A stretch of 62,468 nucleotides of DNA. Source: Bacteroidia bacterium. Its GTDB lineage: Bacteria; Bacteroidota; Bacteroidia; UBA4408. Location: NCBI GenBank assembly GCA_044374175.1, contig JBILPB010000003.1, forward strand, positions 1-62,468, given 5' to 3'. A program made the position numbers and the translations under genes. The stretch's first letter is position 1; each line of letters starts with the position of its first letter. The notes beneath the pieces were generated by a model. That model made no database searches and was not told the DNA's origin. It saw nothing but the letters and a program-made list of their open reading frames with translations. Positions 58,786 through 62,468 of this stretch are shown in pieces.

Positions 58786-59817
58786 ATGCAAAAGCTTGCG
58801 AAATGGTTTGGGTTTTACTTACTTTTTGGCATTACGGCTTGTAAAGTTGATTCAAAGGTAATTCCAATTGTGACTGAAGAAGACATTGTGCTTACCTGGC
58901 CCGATTACTTTCCGCAGCCCTATTATAATTTTGAAGAGAATCCAAGAACCAAAGAGGGATTTTTATTAGGCAAGAAGCTTTTTTATGACCCTTTATTGAG
59001 TATTGATAATACCATCAGTTGCGGGAGTTGTCATCAACAGTTTGTTGCATTTGCACATGCAGATCATAAATTGAGTCATGGCAGCAATAACACGTTGGGT
59101 GTTAGAAACTCACCAAGCTTATTTAATTTAATATGGCAAAAAGAGTTTTTTTGGGATGGCGGCTCAAAGCACATTGAAGTTCAACCTATAGGGCCTATTA
59201 CAAATCCGGTGGAAATGGCTGAAACTTTAGAAAATGTAGTGTCTAAACTCAGTAAAAATACTGAATACAGAAGCCTTTTTAAAGCAGCATTTAAATCAGA
59301 TAGTATTACAAGCCAGCAAATGCTTAAAGCTATTGTGCAGTTTATGGGTTCATTTGTAAGTGCCACCTCTCGTTATGACAAGAATTTACAAGACCCCGCG
59401 AACAACCCATTTACTACTGATGAAAAAGACGGCTTAGCAATTTTCCAACAAAAATGTGCCAACTGCCATACACCACCTTTATTTACTGACAATAACTATA
59501 GAAATAATGGACTTGATTTGAACTTTGTTGATAGTGGAAGATTTCGTATAACAAATATTAACACTGATATGGGGAAATTTAAAACCCCTTCCTTAAGAAA
59601 CATAGAATTGACCTACCCTTACATGCATGATGGTCGTTTTGAGACGCTTGAAGATGTTTTGAAGCATTATTCAACAGGAATCAAGCATTCTGCTACATTA
59701 GACCCTTCATTAAATGTTGGAATACCGCTTAATAATGCAGAAAAAATTAAATTAGTTGCATTTTTAAAGACTTTAACCGACCGAGAATTCATCAAGGATG
59801 AACGCTTTAAAGAATAG
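58786..59817 (+). CDS. MbnH-like di-heme cytochrome c peroxidase/MauG family lipoprotein
   Basis: Two CxxCH motifs (CGSCH, CANCH), LGKKLFYDP, FFWDG, FKTPSLRN, PYMHDG. Likely start is the ATG at 58786. Confidence 0.9.
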   Translation: MQKLAKWFGFYLLFGITACKVDSKVIPIVTEEDIVLTWPDYFPQPYYNFEENPRTKEGFLLGKKLFYDPLLSIDNTISCGSCHQQFVAFAHADHKLSHGSNNTLGVRNSPSLFNLIWQKEFFWDGGSKHIEVQPIGPITNPVEMAETLENVVSKLSKNTEYRSLFKAAFKSDSITSQQMLKAIVQFMGSFVSATSRYDKNLQDPANNPFTTDEKDGLAIFQQKCANCHTPPLFTDNNYRNNGLDLNFVDSGRFRITNINTDMGKFKTPSLRNIELTYPYMHDGRFETLEDVLKHYSTGIKHSATLDPSLNVGIPLNNAEKIKLVAFLKTLTDREFIKDERFKE

Positions 59818-59930
59818 ATTAAAACACCTTTATGGAAGATAAATCTTATCCCTATTTTTTTTATATAGAAAACATTACTATTTTCGCAGCTTATAATTAA
59901 TAGTTAATTTTAAAATTAAACAAACACGGA

Positions 59931-61760
59931 ATGAAAACTACTTTGCTTAAGAACAAATTTTTATTTGTAATGTCAGCGGCTATTGCGTTATCTGGATGCA
60001 AGACCACAGATTGGTCAAAAGTAACCTACACCACTACTCCAAATCCATTGGAAATGCATGGCGATACCATCACCATTACAGTAAAAGGTTCAATTCCTGC
60101 AAAAACACAAGCACCTAAAGAGATTATTACTTTAACCCCAATGATGAAATGGAATGGTGGAGAAGTAACATTAAAACCGCTTGTTTTTCAAGGAGAAAAA
60201 GTTAAAGAAGGAAAAGGAATTGTTGTTGCTAAAAAAACAGAAACTAACTTTAATTACAGTGAAAGAGTAGCTTACAGACCAGAAATGCGCGTAAGTGAAT
60301 TCACAGCTAAAGCTGTAACTACTAAAAAAGATAAAGTTAAGAAAGAATATCAATTGCCAAAGTTAGCCGATGCTACTATAGTTACTCCATTATTAGTGAT
60401 GAGTGACGAAAAGCCGGTAATGGGCAAAGAAAATATGCCAAGAATTGTACCAATGAGTATTGAGGGTGACATTCACTTTTTAATTAGTCAGGATAATATC
60501 AAACCAACTGAATTAAAGGCTGATGATATGAAAGCTTTAATGGATTTTGTATCAGGAAGTCAAACTGCTATTATGGATGAAAAGGGCAAGAAAACAATTG
60601 GCTACACTAAGAACTACGATATCAAAGGAATTTCTATTTCTGCTTATGCCTCACCAGATGGCGAGCAAGATAAAAATGCGAATTTAGCTGCTGACAGAGG
60701 AAAAGCTGCCACTAAAGAATTAAACGCTTTCTTTAAAAAGAATGATTTGATGTATTTGATTGAAAAAGTTGATACGTTACAAAATGAGAATCCAAAAACT
60801 GGCAAAATGAGTCAAAAAATTGAAAGAGCCAGTATTGAGGATAAGTTTTATACTTTAGCTTCTACACCAGAAGATTGGGAAGGATTTAAAACTAAAATGG
60901 AAGCTTCAACAGTTCCTGATAAAGAAATGATTTTGCGTATTTTATCAACCTATGCAGATTTAGATAAAAGAGAAGCTGAAATCAAAAACATAAGCAAAGC
61001 TTACACAGAAATTTCTGATCAAATTTTACCAGCGTTAAGAAGAGCTAAATTAAGTGTAAGTGCTGAAAAGAAATGCAAAACTGATGAAGTTTTGACACAA
61101 ATGGCTGCAACAATGCCAGATTCATTAACTGCTGAGGAGTTATTATATACTGCTTCTATTACAAAGGACATGGCAACACAAACCAGCATTTACGCAAATT
61201 GTGCTCGTATGTATCCAAATGAATGGAGAGGTCATAACAATTTAGGCTGTATGTATTTGATGCAAAATAAAATTGATGAGGCAGGAGCTTCATTTGACAA
61301 GGCTAATCAAGCATCTGCCAACAACCCAGCTGTATTAAACAATTTGGGTATCATTGCAATGAAAAAAGGTGATAAAAAAGCTGCTACAGATTATTATGGA
61401 CAAAGCAGCGCAGCTGAAGCCAATTACAATATGGGAAGAATTAATATCATGAATGGTAAATATTCTAATGCTGTTTCAAATTACGGTGATGCAAATTCAT
61501 TTAATGCTGCACTAGCAAAATTATTAAGTGGAAATGCTGATGCAGCTTTGAGCGCAATTGAAGCATCTAATGATAAAGATAGTGGAATGGGTAATTATTT
61601 AAAAGCTATTATTTCTGCCAGAAAATCGGAATCTGCTGATGTGGCTAAATATTTAACGCTTGCTTTTGAAAAAGATGGAGCGCTTAAGGAAATGGCTAAA
61701 ACAGACATGGAATTTTATAAATTAAAAGACAGCGATGCTGTAAAATCATTGCTTAATTAA
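59931..61760 (+). CDS. Conserved lipoprotein with an OmpA-like middle region and C-terminal TPRs
   Basis: Lipobox LSGC, ISAYASPDG...N..LA..R, EDWEGF, ILPALRR, TPR-like C-terminus. Confidence 0.75.
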   Translation: MKTTLLKNKFLFVMSAAIALSGCKTTDWSKVTYTTTPNPLEMHGDTITITVKGSIPAKTQAPKEIITLTPMMKWNGGEVTLKPLVFQGEKVKEGKGIVVAKKTETNFNYSERVAYRPEMRVSEFTAKAVTTKKDKVKKEYQLPKLADATIVTPLLVMSDEKPVMGKENMPRIVPMSIEGDIHFLISQDNIKPTELKADDMKALMDFVSGSQTAIMDEKGKKTIGYTKNYDIKGISISAYASPDGEQDKNANLAADRGKAATKELNAFFKKNDLMYLIEKVDTLQNENPKTGKMSQKIERASIEDKFYTLASTPEDWEGFKTKMEASTVPDKEMILRILSTYADLDKREAEIKNISKAYTEISDQILPALRRAKLSVSAEKKCKTDEVLTQMAATMPDSLTAEELLYTASITKDMATQTSIYANCARMYPNEWRGHNNLGCMYLMQNKIDEAGASFDKANQASANNPAVLNNLGIIAMKKGDKKAATDYYGQSSAAEANYNMGRINIMNGKYSNAVSNYGDANSFNAALAKLLSGNADAALSAIEASNDKDSGMGNYLKAIISARKSESADVAKYLTLAFEKDGALKEMAKTDMEFYKLKDSDAVKSLLN

Positions 61761-61781
61761 TAAATTGTAACCTTTATAAAC

Positions 61782-61817
61782 AATAACCTGTTCAATAATA
61801 TGAACAGGTTATTTTGT
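61782..61817 (+). terminator. Intrinsic terminator
   Basis: AATAACCTGTTCA-ATAATA-TGAACAGGTTATT followed by TTG. Confidence 0.85.
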
Positions 61818-61898
61818 TTGATGAGCTTTAGTAGTTATTTTAGCAGCATATTATATGTCCTTTACAAAGGAATAATTATAAATTTAAACAAAGGTGTT

Positions 61899-62468
61899 AT
61901 GACAAAAATTATTAAACCATTATTTTTATTAATAGCGTTAAGCTTATTAAAAACAAGTAGTTTAATAGCGCAAGAAGCCAAGACTGACAGTGCTATGGCT
62001 AGAGATCCTAAAAAATACTATCTTCAAATTAACAGTTTGATTAAAGATTCGAAAGGACCAGACAAGGCCGATGAAAAAGCAGTTGTAAAAGGAGCAGTAA
62101 TTAAAGTAATTAGCAGTACTAATTATTTGGTAGCCTCTTACTTTACTGATAAAAAAGGGAAGGCTTCCTTTCAATTGCCTTTAGAGAAAAAGTTTAAGAT
62201 TATAATCCAGAAAAAAGGATATGTATCTAAAATTGTTGAAATTAATGCTGAGGTTCCAAAAGATGTGAATAACGCTTTTATCTTTGGTGTTGATGTTTCA
62301 TTATTTGCTGAGGTTAAAAATTTGAATACAGATGTTTTACTTAAACCTGTAGCAAAAGTTAGATACGATAAAATGAGTAAGGAATTTAATTATGATGCTG
62401 CCTATACACACAAAGTAAATGGAGAGCTCAAGAAAATGTATAAAGAATACTATAGCTTAAAAAAGAAT
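61899..62468 (+). CDS. Secreted protein with a carboxypeptidase-regulatory-like (prealbumin-fold) domain, 3'-partial; missing from the ORF track
   Basis: My translation from the ATG at 61899 is open to the window end (190 codons): MTKIIKPLFLLIALSLL...TDKKGKASFQLPLEKKFKIIIQKKGYVSKIVEIN... Confidence 0.8.
   Translation, partial: MTKIIKPLFLLIALSLLKTSSLIAQEAKTDSAMARDPKKYYLQINSLIKDSKGPDKADEKAVVKGAVIKVISSTNYLVASYFTDKKGKASFQLPLEKKFKIIIQKKGYVSKIVEINAEVPKDVNNAFIFGVDVSLFAEVKNLNTDVLLKPVAKVRYDKMSKEFNYDAAYTHKVNGELKKMYKEYYSLKKN

Noticed and set aside
30048-59817. Link between TDO (free kynurenine) and MbnP/MbnH (protein-bound kynurenine)
   Set aside because: Different chemistry and compartments, about 27 kb apart; coincidental.
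57984-59817. Methanobactin biosynthetic cluster
   Set aside because: No precursor peptide and no MbnB/MbnC or MbnT-like genes in the window.
1140-62174. Remaining short (60-120 aa) ORFs nested in or antisense to annotated genes
   Set aside because: They overlap well-supported CDSs in other frames and have no motifs or independent expression signals.

Overview
AT-rich chromosomal segment from a Bacteroidota bacterium. The lineage call rests on T9SS C-terminal domains, TAnnTTTG promoters, a three-subunit sdhCAB and lipoprotein/TPR-rich genes. Most of it is housekeeping: ribF, fbp, icd, M16 peptidase, dnaX, SurA-like PPIases, bTHX, agmatinase, HU, TlpA, PNP, lpxK, TDO, LKR-like oxidoreductase, Hsp15, L31-B, sdhCAB and nadK. 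I saw no rRNA, tRNA, CRISPR array or intact transposase. The items most worth follow-up are: (1) a tightly coupled operon at the left edge with an atypical fold-type III PLP decarboxylase, a urea-transporter/M23-peptidase fusion, a TPR+barrel-like protein and a TPR protein; (2) an in-frame A10 / A_AAA_AAG slippery site in dnaX with an immediate -1 stop, placed where a gamma subunit should end; (3) a His-rich ORF-TonB receptor-lipoprotein metal-uptake-like operon; (4) a 2565-aa T9SS cargo with six Cys-rich repeats and a small overlapping secreted partner; (5) a 1.2-kb mosaic of orphan T9SS tail remnants, REP-like hairpins and low-complexity tracts; (6) an MbnP/MbnH-like pair with no methanobactin genes. 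All family assignments come from motif recognition by eye; no database search was run.
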